Shown here: one piece after another, positions 27,059 to 37,025 of the stretch | How positions within the stretch are numbered: position 1 is the stretch's first letter | Layout of the letters: each line of letters starts with the position of its first letter | Assembly (NCBI GenBank): GCA_963840095.1 | Contig: CAWIXN010000005.1 | Location: forward strand, 819,042 to 883,041 | DNA from: an uncultured Actinomycetota bacterium | GTDB taxonomy: Bacteria; Actinomycetota; Actinomycetes; Streptosporangiales; Streptosporangiaceae | Length of the DNA: 64,000 nucleotides | Direction of reading: 5' to 3' | Translations under genes and position numbers: made by a program | Notes under the pieces: generated by a model | Database searches by the model: none | What the model saw: the letters and a program-made list of their open reading frames with translations, nothing else | What the model was told of the DNA's origin: nothing

Positions 27059-29755
27059 TCACCGGGTGTCGCTGCTTCCGGCGGCCTCCTCGACCGCTGC
27101 CCGCCCGGCTTCCAGCCTGGCCACCGGAACCCGGAACGGGGAGCACGACACGTAGTCGAGGCCCGCCCGGTGGAAGAAGTGCACCGAGTCGGGATCGCCG
27201 CCGTGCTCGCCGCAGACGCCGATCTTGAGGTCGGGGCGGGTGGCCCGGCCCTCCTCGACGGCGATCCTGACCAGCCGCCCGATGCCGTCGGCGTCCAGCG
27301 TCTCGAACGGTGAGACCCCGAACACCCCCAGGTCGATGTAGCGGCTGAAGAACGAGCCTTCCACGTCATCTCTCGAAAAGCCCCAGCCCATCTGGGTGAG
27401 GTCATTGGTGCCAAACGAGAAGAACTCAGCGACCTGCGCGATCTGGCCAGCCGTGAGCGCGGCCCGGGGAACCTCAATCATCGTGCCGATCAGGGTGTGC
27501 ACGTTGGTCCCGGTCTCGGCGGCTACCTCGGCCAGCACCCGCTCGGTCTCCTCGCGAGCCACCTCGAGTTCCTGAACGGCGCCGACCAGCGGGATCATGA
27601 TCTCCGGATGCGGGTCCCCGCCCGCCGCGACCCGGTCGGCGGCCGCGTGCGCGATCGCGCGTACCTGCATCGCGTACAGGCCCGGTACGACCAGCCCGAG
27701 GCGCACCCCGCGCAGGCCGAGCATCGGGTTCTCCTCGTGCAGCCGCCGGACGGCGTCCAGCAGCTTGCGGTCGGAATCGGTGGCGTCGTCCCCGGCCAGC
27801 GCGATCTTGACGGTCAGCTCGGTCAGGTCGGGCAGGAACTCGTGCAGCGGCGGGTCCAGCAGCCTGATGGTGACCGGCTTGCCGTCCATGGCCGCCAGGA
27901 TCTCGACGAAGTCGCCGCGCTGCAGCGGCTCCAGCGCGTCCAGCGCGGCCTTCCTGGTCTCGTCGTCGTCGGCCAGGATCATGTTCTCGACCAGCTGCCG
28001 GCGCTCGCCGAGGAACATGTGCTCGGTCCTGGTCAGGCCGATGCCCTGGGCGCCGAACCGGACCGCGCGCGCCGAGTCCTCGCCGGTGTCGGAGTTGGCC
28101 CGCACGCCCAGGCGCCGCCGCCGGTCGGCGTGCTTCATGATCGCGTTCACCGCGCTGACCAGCTCGTCGGACTCCGGGTCCAGCTTGCCCTCGAAGTACT
28201 CGACCACCGGCGAGGGGACGACGGCCACCTTGCCGAGGAAGACCACGCCTGAGGTGCCGTCGATCGAGATCACGTCGCCCTCATTGACGATCACGCCGTC
28301 CGGAGCGGTGAACTTGCGGCCGACCAGGTCCATCTCGAGCTCGTCGGCGCCGCAGACGCAGGTCTTGCCCATCCCGCGGGCGACCACCGCCGCGTGGCTG
28401 GTCTTGCCACCGCGGCTGGTCAGGATGCCGCGGGCAGCGATCATGCCGTGCAGGTCGTCCGGGTTGGTCTCGCGCCGGACCAGGATGACGTCCTCGCCCG
28501 CGGCTGCCTGCTCGACCGCCCGGCCGGAGTCGAACACCGCCTTGCCGACCGCCGCGCCCGGCGATGCGCTGACCCCCTTGGCGATCTGCTTGACGTCGCC
28601 GCTGGCGTCGAACCTCGGGAACATCAGCTGCCCGAGCTGATCGCCGGTGACCCGCATCAGGGCCTCGTCCATGTCGATCAGGCCCTGCTCGACAAGCTGC
28701 ATGGCGATCCGGAACGCGGCTCCGGCGGTGCGCTTACCCACTCGGGTCTGCAGCATCCACAGCTTGCCGCGCTCGATCGTGAACTCGATGTCGCAGAGGT
28801 CCCGGTAGTGGTTCTCCAGCGTCGACATGATCTGCATCAGCTCGGGGTAGGACTTGGCGTCGATCCGCTCCAGGTCCTGCAGCGGAACCGTGTTACGAAT
28901 GCCGGCCACGACGTCCTCGCCCTGCGCGTTCTGCAGGTAGTCGCCGTAGACACCCCGCTGGCCGCTCCCCGGGTCGCGGGTGAAGGCCACGCCGGTGCCC
29001 GAGTCCGGCCCGAGGTTGCCGAACACCATCGCCACGATGTTGACCGCGGTGCCGAGGTCGGCGGGAATCCGCTCCTGGCGCCGGTACAGCACGGCCCGGT
29101 CAGCGTTCCACGAGTTGAAGACGGCGTTGACCGCCATGTCCATCTGCTCGCGGGGGTCCTGCGGGAAGTCACGACCCGAGTGGTCGCGCACGATCCCCTT
29201 GAAGGTGTCAACGATGCCGCGCAGGTCCTCAGCGTCCAGGTCCAAATCGTTCTTGGTGCCCTTGGCCTGCTTGGCCGACTCGATCGCGTGCTCGAACGCG
29301 TCGCCCTCGATGTCCAGCACGGTCCTGCCGAACATCTGGATCAGCCGCCGGTACGCGTCCCAGGCGAACCGCTCGTTATTGGCCTGCTTGGCCAGGCCCT
29401 GAACCGACTCATCGGACAGGCCGATGTTCAGCACCGTTTCCATCATGCCCGGCATGGAGAACTTAGCCCCGGACCGGACGCTGACCAGCAGCGGATCCTG
29501 ATGGTCGCCGAGCTGCTTGCCCATCTTTTCCTCAAGCTGCCGCAGATGCGTGGTCACCTCGGCGGCCAGGCCGTCGGGGATCTTTCCCTCCTTGAGGTAA
29601 TAGCGGCAGGCGTCCGTGGTGATGATGAAGCCGGGCGGTACCGGCAGGCCCAGGTTGGTCATCTCAGCCAGGTTGGCGCCCTTGCCGCCCAGCAGGTCTT
29701 TCAGGTCCTTGTTGCCCTCGGTGAAGTCGTAGACAAGCTTCGGCACTGCACGCAC
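27059..29755 (-). CDS. ppdK: Pyruvate, phosphate dikinase
   Basis: 898 aa. GGKGANLAEM, the phospho-His region GGKTSHAAVVARGMG and the PEP-utilising C-terminal FFSFGTNDLTQ...CGEHGGDP are all present. Confidence 0.95.
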   Translation of the reverse strand: MRAVPKLVYDFTEGNKDLKDLLGGKGANLAEMTNLGLPVPPGFIITTDACRYYLKEGKIPDGLAAEVTTHLRQLEEKMGKQLGDHQDPLLVSVRSGAKFSMPGMMETVLNIGLSDESVQGLAKQANNERFAWDAYRRLIQMFGRTVLDIEGDAFEHAIESAKQAKGTKNDLDLDAEDLRGIVDTFKGIVRDHSGRDFPQDPREQMDMAVNAVFNSWNADRAVLYRRQERIPADLGTAVNIVAMVFGNLGPDSGTGVAFTRDPGSGQRGVYGDYLQNAQGEDVVAGIRNTVPLQDLERIDAKSYPELMQIMSTLENHYRDLCDIEFTIERGKLWMLQTRVGKRTAGAAFRIAMQLVEQGLIDMDEALMRVTGDQLGQLMFPRFDASGDVKQIAKGVSASPGAAVGKAVFDSGRAVEQAAAGEDVILVRRETNPDDLHGMIAARGILTSRGGKTSHAAVVARGMGKTCVCGADELEMDLVGRKFTAPDGVIVNEGDVISIDGTSGVVFLGKVAVVPSPVVEYFEGKLDPESDELVSAVNAIMKHADRRRRLGVRANSDTGEDSARAVRFGAQGIGLTRTEHMFLGERRQLVENMILADDDETRKAALDALEPLQRGDFVEILAAMDGKPVTIRLLDPPLHEFLPDLTELTVKIALAGDDATDSDRKLLDAVRRLHEENPMLGLRGVRLGLVVPGLYAMQVRAIAHAAADRVAAGGDPHPEIMIPLVGAVQELEVAREETERVLAEVAAETGTNVHTLIGTMIEVPRAALTAGQIAQVAEFFSFGTNDLTQMGWGFSRDDVEGSFFSRYIDLGVFGVSPFETLDADGIGRLVRIAVEEGRATRPDLKIGVCGEHGGDPDSVHFFHRAGLDYVSCSPFRVPVARLEAGRAAVEEAAGSSDTR

Positions 29756-30015
29756 TCCTCGTAATGCCGCACGACCGGCACGACGGCGCGGACGCGGGGC
29801 GGCTCGGTGATTGGCACCCTCACGGGCCTCTTAAGATCTTGCGGCCTCACGGCCCCTCTATCGGACTCTACCGAGGATGCGGCGCCGCAGCGACGTGGCC
29901 AGCCCACCGGGAGCACAACACATTGGCGTCCCAGGGACAATTCGCGAAACTGCACCCGGGCCTGGCCGGACGGCAACAGCTGAAGGTGAGCACGGTATCC
30001 GTGACAGACTCAGCC

Positions 30016-30876
30016 ATGGACATGCCGAGCCAGGCCGTGATCGGGCTGCTGCAGCCGGGCGAGATGGGCGCAGTCGTCGGGCAGTGCCTGACCAGCGCGG
30101 GACATGCGGTGCTGTGGGCCTCGGACGGGCGCGGGCCGCAGTCCGCCGCCCGGGCCCGCCGAGCCGGCCTGGAGGACGTCGGCACGGCCGCCGAGATGGC
30201 CGACCGCGCCGAGGTCATCCTGTCGATCCTGCCGCCGCACGCGGCCCTGGACATGGCCTGGGCGGTGCAGGGGTTCAACGGGATCTTCGTGGATGCGAAC
30301 GCCATCGCGCCCGCCGCCGCGCGCGAGATAGCGCGCATGATCGAGGACGGCGGCGGCAGCTACGTCGACGGCGGGATCATCGGGCCGCCGCCGGTCGCGG
30401 CCGGCAGCACCCGCCTGTATCTGTCCGGACCCCGGGCCGAGCAGGTACGCGAACTGTTCGCCGGCACGCCGCTCAGTGCCCAGGTGGTCGCGGGCGGGAT
30501 GACAGCGGCCTCCGCCGTGAAGATGGCCTACGCCGCGTGGACCAAGGGCAGCGGCGCGCTCCTGCTCACGGCACGGGCCATGGCCAGGGCCGAAGGCGTC
30601 GAGGACACGCTGCTGGCCGAATGGGCGCTCTCTCAGCCACAGCTGGCGGACCGGTCGGCCGGCGCGGCCCGCGCGGCCCGGGCCAAGGGATGGCGCTGGG
30701 TCGCCGAGATGGAGGAGATCGCCGCGACCATGGCGGCCGCCGGGCTGCCGGACGGCTTCCACCAGGCCGCGGCGGAGGTGTTCCGCCGCTCAGGTCACAT
30801 CTCGCCCGGCGAGCTGTCGGACGGCAGCCTCGACGCGGTCCTGCACGGGCTCATCGGTGATAGTCCGCCCGCGTAG
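30016..30876 (+). CDS. NAD(P)-binding oxidoreductase (6PGDH-type N-terminus + DUF1932-like C-terminus)
   Basis: IGLLQPGEMGAVVG is a Rossmann loop. AASAVKMAYAAWTKG is typical of DUF1932 proteins. The start is uncertain (30016, or GTG at 29987/30001). Confidence 0.65.
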   Translation: MDMPSQAVIGLLQPGEMGAVVGQCLTSAGHAVLWASDGRGPQSAARARRAGLEDVGTAAEMADRAEVILSILPPHAALDMAWAVQGFNGIFVDANAIAPAAAREIARMIEDGGGSYVDGGIIGPPPVAAGSTRLYLSGPRAEQVRELFAGTPLSAQVVAGGMTAASAVKMAYAAWTKGSGALLLTARAMARAEGVEDTLLAEWALSQPQLADRSAGAARAARAKGWRWVAEMEEIAATMAAAGLPDGFHQAAAEVFRRSGHISPGELSDGSLDAVLHGLIGDSPPA

Positions 30877-30892
30877 CCGACGGTTCGCAGGC

Positions 30893-31798
30893 TCACCCCC
30901 GCCGGCTCGGATCGGCCAGGATGAGCAGGCCGCGCAGGCCGGCGTCCAGCGCCAGGCCCGCCAGCGCGATCGTGATGATCCCGGCGAAGACGAGCGCGGT
31001 GTCCAGGTAGTCGCCGGCCTGCATGATCAGGAAACCGAGCCCGCTGGTGGCCGCGAGCAGCTCGACAGCCACGATGCTGCTCCAGGCGCCGGCCATCGAG
31101 ATGCGCATGCCGGTCAGGATGCCAGGCAGCGCGGCGCGGATCTGGACGTGCAGCAGCGTGTAGGCGCGCGACGCGCCCAGCGTTCTCGCGCAGAGCCGCA
31201 GGTCCTCGGGAACCTCGTCGAGCGCGGCGACGGTGGTCACGGCCATCACCGGGACGACGCCGATGACGATGAGGACCTCCTTGGGCAGCTCGCCGATGCC
31301 CAGCCAGACGATGAACAGCGGGATGAAGGCGAGCGGCGGCAGCGGCCTGATGACCTCGATGATGGGATCGATCAGGTGCCTGATCACCCGGCTGGCCGAC
31401 ATCGCCGCGCCGGCCGTCACGCCGATGACCACCCCGATCACGAAGCCGGTCAGGATCCGCCGCAGGCTGATATAGAGGTCGAGCCAGAGCGGCCTGCCCT
31501 GGGCCGGGTAGGGCGTGCCGAGATAGTGCAGGAACTGCTGGGCCGTCTGGCTGACCGACGGCAACGCGACCTGGTCGTTCAGGATCATGGCGGCCGCCTG
31601 CCACAGCAAGAGCAGTGTGGCCAGCCCGGCCGCCCCGGTCGCCACCCGCCTGGTCCGGGCCCGGCGCCGGGCCCGCCGGTGCGCGAGCAGGTCGGCGCGC
31701 TCGTCAAAATCGGCGTGGTCAGCCGCGGCCGGGGCCGCTGGCGCCGTCTCCTCGATCACGGCAGTGGCCCCAGGTGAGAGTGGATACAAGCCGGACAT
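30893..31798 (-). CDS. ABC transporter permease (taurine/sulfonate/nitrate type)
   Basis: The EAA-like loop ARTLGASRAYTLLHVQIRAALPGILTG and LPPLAFIPLFIVWLGIGE are both present. Confidence 0.88.
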   Translation of the reverse strand: MSGLYPLSPGATAVIEETAPAAPAAADHADFDERADLLAHRRARRRARTRRVATGAAGLATLLLLWQAAAMILNDQVALPSVSQTAQQFLHYLGTPYPAQGRPLWLDLYISLRRILTGFVIGVVIGVTAGAAMSASRVIRHLIDPIIEVIRPLPPLAFIPLFIVWLGIGELPKEVLIVIGVVPVMAVTTVAALDEVPEDLRLCARTLGASRAYTLLHVQIRAALPGILTGMRISMAGAWSSIVAVELLAATSGLGFLIMQAGDYLDTALVFAGIITIALAGLALDAGLRGLLILADPSRRG

Positions 31799-31854
31799 CG
31801 GTTACTCCTTCGCGGGAGGCCCGCCAGCGGGCCGCAGCGGCGAGCCCTGATGGC

Positions 31855-32723
31855 TCAGGCGGTCAGGGACGCGCGGATCCTGCGCTTGACGGCGAGGAAC
31901 TGATCGGTGTCGACATCGACCGCATGGCGCGGGCGGCGCAGCGGCACATCGATGATTTCCTGGATGCCGGGCGGCCTGCCGCCCATCACGGCCACCCGGT
32001 CGCCGAGCAGGACCGCCTCCTCGATGTCGTGCGTCACGAAGATGATGGTGATCTGGTATCGCTCCCACATGCCCAGCAGGAAATCGTGCATGCGGATCCG
32101 GGTGATCGCGTCGAGCGCGCCGAACGGCTCGTCCATGAGCAGCACCGAGGGCCTGGTCACCATCGCCCGGGCGAACGCGGCGCGGTGCCGCATTCCGCCC
32201 GACAGCTCATGCGGGAACGCGTCGCTGAACTGGGCCAGGCCCACGGTCTCCAGGATCGCCTCGGCCTCGGCGTCAAGCTCGGGGTCGTCTCGCTCGTCGA
32301 GGCCAGCGGCGCGTTGCGCCCGGGGGCCAAACAGGACGTTTTTCCTCGTGGTCAGCCAGGGGAACAGCATCGGGCTCTGGAACAGCATGCCCCGGTCGGG
32401 GGCCGGCCCGGTGACGGGCCGGCCCCGACGGTTACTGAGCCCTCGTCGCACTCCAGCGCGCCCGCCACGATGCGCAGCAGGGTGGACTTACCGCAGCCGG
32501 ACGGCCCGAGCAGGCAGACCAGCTCGCCGGGCGCGACCTGCAGGCTGATCCCGGCCAGGGCGACCGTACGCCGGCCGGACCGGCGGAAGGTCTTGCCGAC
32601 CTGGTCGAGCACCACGTGGGCGGCAGTTGCCCCGTCCTCGGTCAGCTGCCCGCCCGCGTCCGGGACGGCGTCAGCTCGAGCAGCCACCGGCCAGCGCCTT
32701 CTTGACGAAGGTCGGATCGACAT
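31855..32723 (-). pseudogene. ABC transporter ATP-binding protein, split by a single-base frameshift
   Basis: The Walker A part [16 protein letters not shown]...ECDEGSVTV is in ORF 32352..32723. The rest ([16 protein letters not shown]..., signature LSGGMRHR, Walker B LLMDEPFGALD) is in ORF 31855..32451. The frames meet at a run of four G (minus strand) at 32423-32426. Confidence 0.8.
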
Positions 32724-33774
32724 GGGTCGCGACCACCGCTGCCGACGGTGCCGAGGTCAGCCTGCCCTGCCCGACCAGGAACTGCCCGGTCTGCACGTAC
32801 GCCTTGACGATCGGGCTGGTGGTGTCGTTCGGGCTGGAGCCGAGCCAGTGGAGCTGCTGGCTGAGCGGGATGAACGGATAGCTCCTGGTGGCCGGGATGA
32901 TCAGGCTGCCCGGCACGCCCTGGACCTTGGCGCTCTGGGTCAGGTACTTCGTGGCCTGCGGGCCGGTCAGCAGGCGGGTCGCCTGGACCTCGGCGCAGAC
33001 GTAATTCTGCACCAGCGCGGGATCGCTCTTGACGATGTTCTGCGAGACCGCGACCACGTTCAGGCCGGGGATGCCCAGCTTGGCGATCTGCTCGGCGTCG
33101 ACCAGCGGGTGGCCGCCCTGCTGAGTCAGCTGGGCTTCGGGTCCCGCTTGCACGTAGGCCGCGGCCACCGAGCCGGCCAGGTAGGCCGCCGCCGCCGCCT
33201 GCTCGCTGGCGAAGCCCACCACCTTGACCGAGCCGGTGAGATGCTGCAGGCCGAGCCAGCCGCGCAGCTCGTAGTCCTCCGACGAGCCGACCAGGACGCC
33301 GACCGATTTGCCGGCCAGCTGGCTGGCCGAGGTGATCGACTTCGGCACGATCAGCGCGTCCGCGTCGAAGCTCTGCGCGATGACCACGTCGACTCCGGTA
33401 CCGGTACCGATCGCCCCGACGACCGGCGGGTTCCCGACCCCGCTGATCGCCTGCAGGCTGCCGCTGCGCATCTCGGCGATCGCGGTCACGCCCGCGTCGA
33501 ACGGCACGAAATGCAGCTGCGCCGTAATGGTCTTGGCCAGCGCCGCGTCGGAGTCGATGATGCTGTCGGAGTTCGCGACCGTGCCCTGGCCGTAGGCGAT
33601 GGTGAAGCCGGGCAGCGCCGCTCCGGCTCCCCCGCTCCTGGTGACGGCCCAGACGATGACCGCGATGACGACGACTGCGGCCACAGCCAGGCCGCCGTAG
33701 ATCCGCCGCCGCTTGCGCTTGTAGACCGGAACCGGCTTGCGGCCCGAGTCCCGGGTATCTGCTGAGGTGCTCAT
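32671..33774 (-). CDS. ABC transporter substrate-binding protein (NMT1/TauA-like), membrane-anchored
   Basis: N-terminal TM anchor and a periplasmic-binding-type sequence ([26 protein letters not shown]). The operon context is tauD plus a permease. Confidence 0.75.
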   Translation of the reverse strand: MSTSADTRDSGRKPVPVYKRKRRRIYGGLAVAAVVVIAVIVWAVTRSGGAGAALPGFTIAYGQGTVANSDSIIDSDAALAKTITAQLHFVPFDAGVTAIAEMRSGSLQAISGVGNPPVVGAIGTGTGVDVVIAQSFDADALIVPKSITSASQLAGKSVGVLVGSSEDYELRGWLGLQHLTGSVKVVGFASEQAAAAAYLAGSVAAAYVQAGPEAQLTQQGGHPLVDAEQIAKLGIPGLNVVAVSQNIVKSDPALVQNYVCAEVQATRLLTGPQATKYLTQSAKVQGVPGSLIIPATRSYPFIPLSQQLHWLGSSPNDTTSPIVKAYVQTGQFLVGQGRLTSAPSAAVVATHVDPTFVKKALAGGCSS

Positions 33775-33825
33775 GGGATTCCTTCGTGACCGGGATGGCT
33801 GGACAGGGAGTACGCCGACCGAGGC

Positions 33826-34755
33826 TCAGTTCGCCGCGCCCGCGTAATAAGCGGACGCCTCGCCCTTGAGCGGGACGCTGGGACGGCCGTCGACGCCGAC
33901 CGGCGCCGGGCCCGCCACCGTGACCCGCTCGCCGCGGCGGTGCGCGGTGCCGTAGTCGAAGATCGCGTAGTGCTGGGTGGCGCGGTTGTCCCAGATGGCC
34001 AGGTCGCCCTCGCGCCAGCGCCAGCGGATGGTCTGCTCCGGGCGGGTGACGTAGTCCTGCAGGATCCGGATCAGGTCGCGGGACGCCTGCGGCGAGAACC
34101 CGATGACGGTCCGGGCGAATCCGCCGAGGACCAGCGAGCGCTCGGCGGTTTCCGGGTGCACGCGCACCGCGGGGTGCTCGGTCTCGTAGACCGTCGAGAC
34201 GAATTCCCTCCGCCGCGCGTCCAGCGCCGGGTCACTGCGTTCTTCCCGGCCGTAGACCGCCGCGTAGTCGTAATCGTTGGTGTGCACGATCCGCAGGCGA
34301 TCGGCCAGGTCCCGCAGCTGGGCGGGCAGGCTCTCGTAGGCGGTCACCGTGTTAGCCCAGACCGTGTCCCCGCCTACCTGCGGGATCACGACGGCGTGCA
34401 GCAAGGTAAAGGCCGGCGGCCGGTCGACGAACGTCACATCGGTGTGCCAGTGGTTGGCGCGGCCGCCCTGGCGCGAGTCGATCTCCTCGAGGAGCGGCTG
34501 GTCAGGTGGCGACGCCAGGGTCGGGTGGCCAAGCGTCAGCGGGCCGAGCCGCTCGGCGAAGGCAACCTGCCGGGCGTAATCGAGGTTCTGGCCGCGGAGG
34601 AAGACAACCTTGTGGTCCAGCAGCGCCTGGCGGATCTGCGCGACGGCATCGTCGCTGAGTACCTCGCCGGTGTCGACGCCGGAGATCTCGGCGCCGATGT
34701 GGCCGGCCAGCCTGGCGACGCCGATGCGGGCGCGGGTGGTGATGGTCTCGGTCAT
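33826..34755 (-). CDS. tauD: Taurine/alpha-ketoglutarate dioxygenase family (TauD/TfdA)
   Basis: HWHTDVTFVDRPPAFTLLHAVVIPQVGGDTVWAN carries the HxD iron ligands. WDNRATQHYA is also present. Confidence 0.9.
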   Translation of the reverse strand: MTETITTRARIGVARLAGHIGAEISGVDTGEVLSDDAVAQIRQALLDHKVVFLRGQNLDYARQVAFAERLGPLTLGHPTLASPPDQPLLEEIDSRQGGRANHWHTDVTFVDRPPAFTLLHAVVIPQVGGDTVWANTVTAYESLPAQLRDLADRLRIVHTNDYDYAAVYGREERSDPALDARRREFVSTVYETEHPAVRVHPETAERSLVLGGFARTVIGFSPQASRDLIRILQDYVTRPEQTIRWRWREGDLAIWDNRATQHYAIFDYGTAHRRGERVTVAGPAPVGVDGRPSVPLKGEASAYYAGAAN

Positions 34756-34965
34756 GGTGGGTGCCTCTCGGCTCGGGGCGGATGGACGGACTCGGCAGCC
34801 GCGCGCGGTGCGCTGGCGCTCGCGCCGCGGCTGGGCGCGGGCGGCTGGGCGCGGGCATCGCGGCTTGCCCGGCGGGCGCGCGGCATGAGCGCGCCAGCGG
34901 GTTACTGGCGAGCGGAACGGATATCGGCGGGAGGGGGCCTGCGCTGGCCCGCCTTCAGCTCGGGC

Positions 34966-35017
34966 GGCAGGCCCGTGCGGCAGGCCCGTGCGGCAGGCCC
35001 GTGCGGCAGGCCCGTGC
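34966..35017 (+). repeat. Tandem repeat 4 x 13 bp (GGCAGGCCCGTGC)
   Basis: Four perfect units. The period is not a multiple of 3. The array is intergenic, upstream of tauD. Confidence 0.9.
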
Positions 35018-35346
35018 GCTGTGCTGGCTGAAACGACGCGAGGTAGCTGGTCAGGCCGGGGCGGAACAGATAGCGCTGGCTACGAGGAGCTGGTCCACGT
35101 AGCGCCGCTCGGTGCCGTCGTGGGTCGTCATAGCTAGAGCATCGCAGGCCCGTTGCCTCTAGTCAATATTTCCGACCGTTATTGTCGGCAATACGATCTT
35201 GCGGTCTTCAGCAATGTGAATCACTGGCGGCTACCTGATGTCTTCGAGGGACGATTCTGGCCGGCCGCGGTCGAGAATCTGTGCCCAGGTGTGACTTCCG
35301 GGTGAGCGGCGCCGCAAGAGTGCCGCCGGCCGGGAAGGATAGAGCT

Positions 35347-35748
35347 ATGCGATTCATGCTGCTGCAGAATTACGGCGCGACCGAGTCGGGCTGCGCTCCG
35401 ATGCCCGAGTGGAGCCCAGCGGAGATCAAGGCCCACATCGCCTTCCAGCAGGCGCTGAACGCCGAACTTGCCCAGCGGGGTGAGCTGGTCGACGCCCAGG
35501 GCCTGGCCGGGCCGGAACTGGCCAAGTTCGTGGTCTGGGACGGAACCGGTGCGCCGGTGGTCACCGACGGGCCGTTCCCGGAGGCCAAGGAGCTGCTGGC
35601 CGGTTACCGGCTGGTGGATGTCCAGACGGCCGAGCGGGCCATCGAGATCGCCGCCCAGGTGTCGGCGGCGCCCGGCCCGGGCGGGGTAGCGATCCGCCAG
35701 CCGATCGAGGTACGCCAGGTACTGAGCGCTCCCGACCCCGAGCTGTGA
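35347..35748 (+). CDS. YciI-family / DGPF-domain protein
   Basis: MRFMLLQNYG...VVTDGPFPEAKELLAGYRLVDV. GGAAGGA lies upstream of the ATG. The stop overlaps the sigma factor start (GTGA). Confidence 0.8.
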   Translation: MRFMLLQNYGATESGCAPMPEWSPAEIKAHIAFQQALNAELAQRGELVDAQGLAGPELAKFVVWDGTGAPVVTDGPFPEAKELLAGYRLVDVQTAERAIEIAAQVSAAPGPGGVAIRQPIEVRQVLSAPDPEL

Positions 35749-37025
35749 CCACTGCCGGGAGCACCGAGGACCTGCTGCGCGAGCTGGCGCCGCAGGTCCT
35801 CGGCGCGCTGGTCCGTCGCTATGGCGATTTCGCCGACTGCGAGGACGCGGTGCAGGAGGCACTGCTGGCCGCCGCCACCACGTGGCCCGGGCCGGGGCAG
35901 CCGGACAACCCGCTCGGGTGGCTTTTCCGGGTGGCGTCGCGCCGCCTGGCGAACACCTACCGCAGCGATATTGCCCGCCGTCGCCGGGAGGAACTGGCCG
36001 CCTCATGGTCCCGCACGCCCCCGGAACCGGCGCCGGGGCGGGACGACACGCTGATCCTCATGTTCATGTGCTGCCACCCTTCCCTCACGCCAGCGTCAGC
36101 CATCCCGCTGACCCTCCGGGCGGTCGGCGGCCTCACCACCCGCGAGATCGCTGCCGCGTTCCTGGTCCCCGAGGCGACCATGGCCCAGCGGATCAGCCGC
36201 GCCAAAGCCAAGATCAAAGCCTCCGGCGAGCCGTTCGCGCTCCCGCCGCCCGATCAGCGTCCGCACCGGCTGCGATCGGTGCTGCATGTCCTCTACCTGC
36301 TGTTCAACGAGGGCTACACGACCAGCAGCGGCCCCAGCCTGTCCCGCACCGACCTATCCGGCGAGGCCATCCGCCTGGCCAGGATCACCCGCGCCGCGGT
36401 GCCCGAGGACCCGGAGGCGGCCGGGTTGCTCGCCCTGATGCTGCTCACCGACGCGCGGCGTCCCGCCCGCAGCGGTCCCGGCGGCGAGCTGATCCCCCTC
36501 GCTGAACAAGACCGCACCCGCTGGGACACCGATCTCATCGCCGAAGGAGTGGCCCTGATCACCGGGGCGCTGGGCCGGGGACACGCTGGCGAATACCAGG
36601 TCCAGGCCGCTATCGCGGCCCTGCACGACCAAGCCGCCTCCCACACCGCCACCGACTGGCCGCAGATCCTGACCCTGTACGACCTGCTTGCGGCCATGAC
36701 CGCGAACCCCATGGTCACCCTGAACCGGGCCGTCGCCGCGGCCATGGCCCATGGGCCAAGCGCTGGCCTCGCCCTGCTGGACGGCCTCGACGAGCGGCTC
36801 GGCGACCACCACCGGCTCCGCTCCGTCCGGGCCCACCTCCTGGAGCAGGCCGGTGATCACAAGGCCGCCACCGCCGAGTTCCGTGCGGCCGCCGCCCGCA
36901 CCACCAACCTCCGCGAACAGTACTACCTGACCACCCAGGCAGCCCGCCTGGCCGCCTCGTCCGCCGCTAGCGCCCCCGCCACTGAGGGCTCCGGCCTTCG
37001 GCCATCGCCTGACGGGCCTGCCTGA
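35745..37025 (+). CDS. ECF sigma factor with a long C-terminal TPR-like extension (ECF42 type)
   Basis: Sigma region 2 (DCEDAVQEALLAA...) and region 4 (LRAVGGLTTREIAAAFLVPEATMAQRISRAK) are followed by about 230 aa (LYLLFNEGY...EYQVQAAIAALH). It is paired with a DGPF protein, as described for ECF42. Confidence 0.85.
   Translation: MTTAGSTEDLLRELAPQVLGALVRRYGDFADCEDAVQEALLAAATTWPGPGQPDNPLGWLFRVASRRLANTYRSDIARRRREELAASWSRTPPEPAPGRDDTLILMFMCCHPSLTPASAIPLTLRAVGGLTTREIAAAFLVPEATMAQRISRAKAKIKASGEPFALPPPDQRPHRLRSVLHVLYLLFNEGYTTSSGPSLSRTDLSGEAIRLARITRAAVPEDPEAAGLLALMLLTDARRPARSGPGGELIPLAEQDRTRWDTDLIAEGVALITGALGRGHAGEYQVQAAIAALHDQAASHTATDWPQILTLYDLLAAMTANPMVTLNRAVAAAMAHGPSAGLALLDGLDERLGDHHRLRSVRAHLLEQAGDHKAATAEFRAAAARTTNLREQYYLTTQAARLAASSAASAPATEGSGLRPSPDGPA

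Noticed and set aside
27040-27477. Upstream extension of the dgt ORF to 27477. The same type of extension occurs at 3921..4553 (methyltransferase), 57805..58011 (lepA), 52758..52862 (hrcA) and 63096..63230 (amidohydrolase).
   Set aside because: The extensions overlap neighbouring genes or known regulatory sites (ppdK 3' end, CIRCE). They lack family similarity, while internal starts with an RBS give normal protein lengths.
29832-29850. GATCTTGCGG strings at 29835 and 35197 (also GATCTTGACGG at 27797 inside ppdK) as extra copies of the 47-nt palindromic element.
   Set aside because: Only 10-11 nt match, and there is no complementary right arm or loop core. CAAGATC is also the favoured Lys-Ile codon pair on the opposite strand, so chance matches are expected.
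36967-37025. 59-nt convergent overlap between the ECF42 sigma gene and the enoyl-CoA hydratase gene, as a functional antisense arrangement.
   Set aside because: Both C-terminal tails are low-complexity and poorly constrained. The overlap is most simply a consequence of late stop codons in GC-rich sequence, and nothing in the sequence supports a regulatory role.
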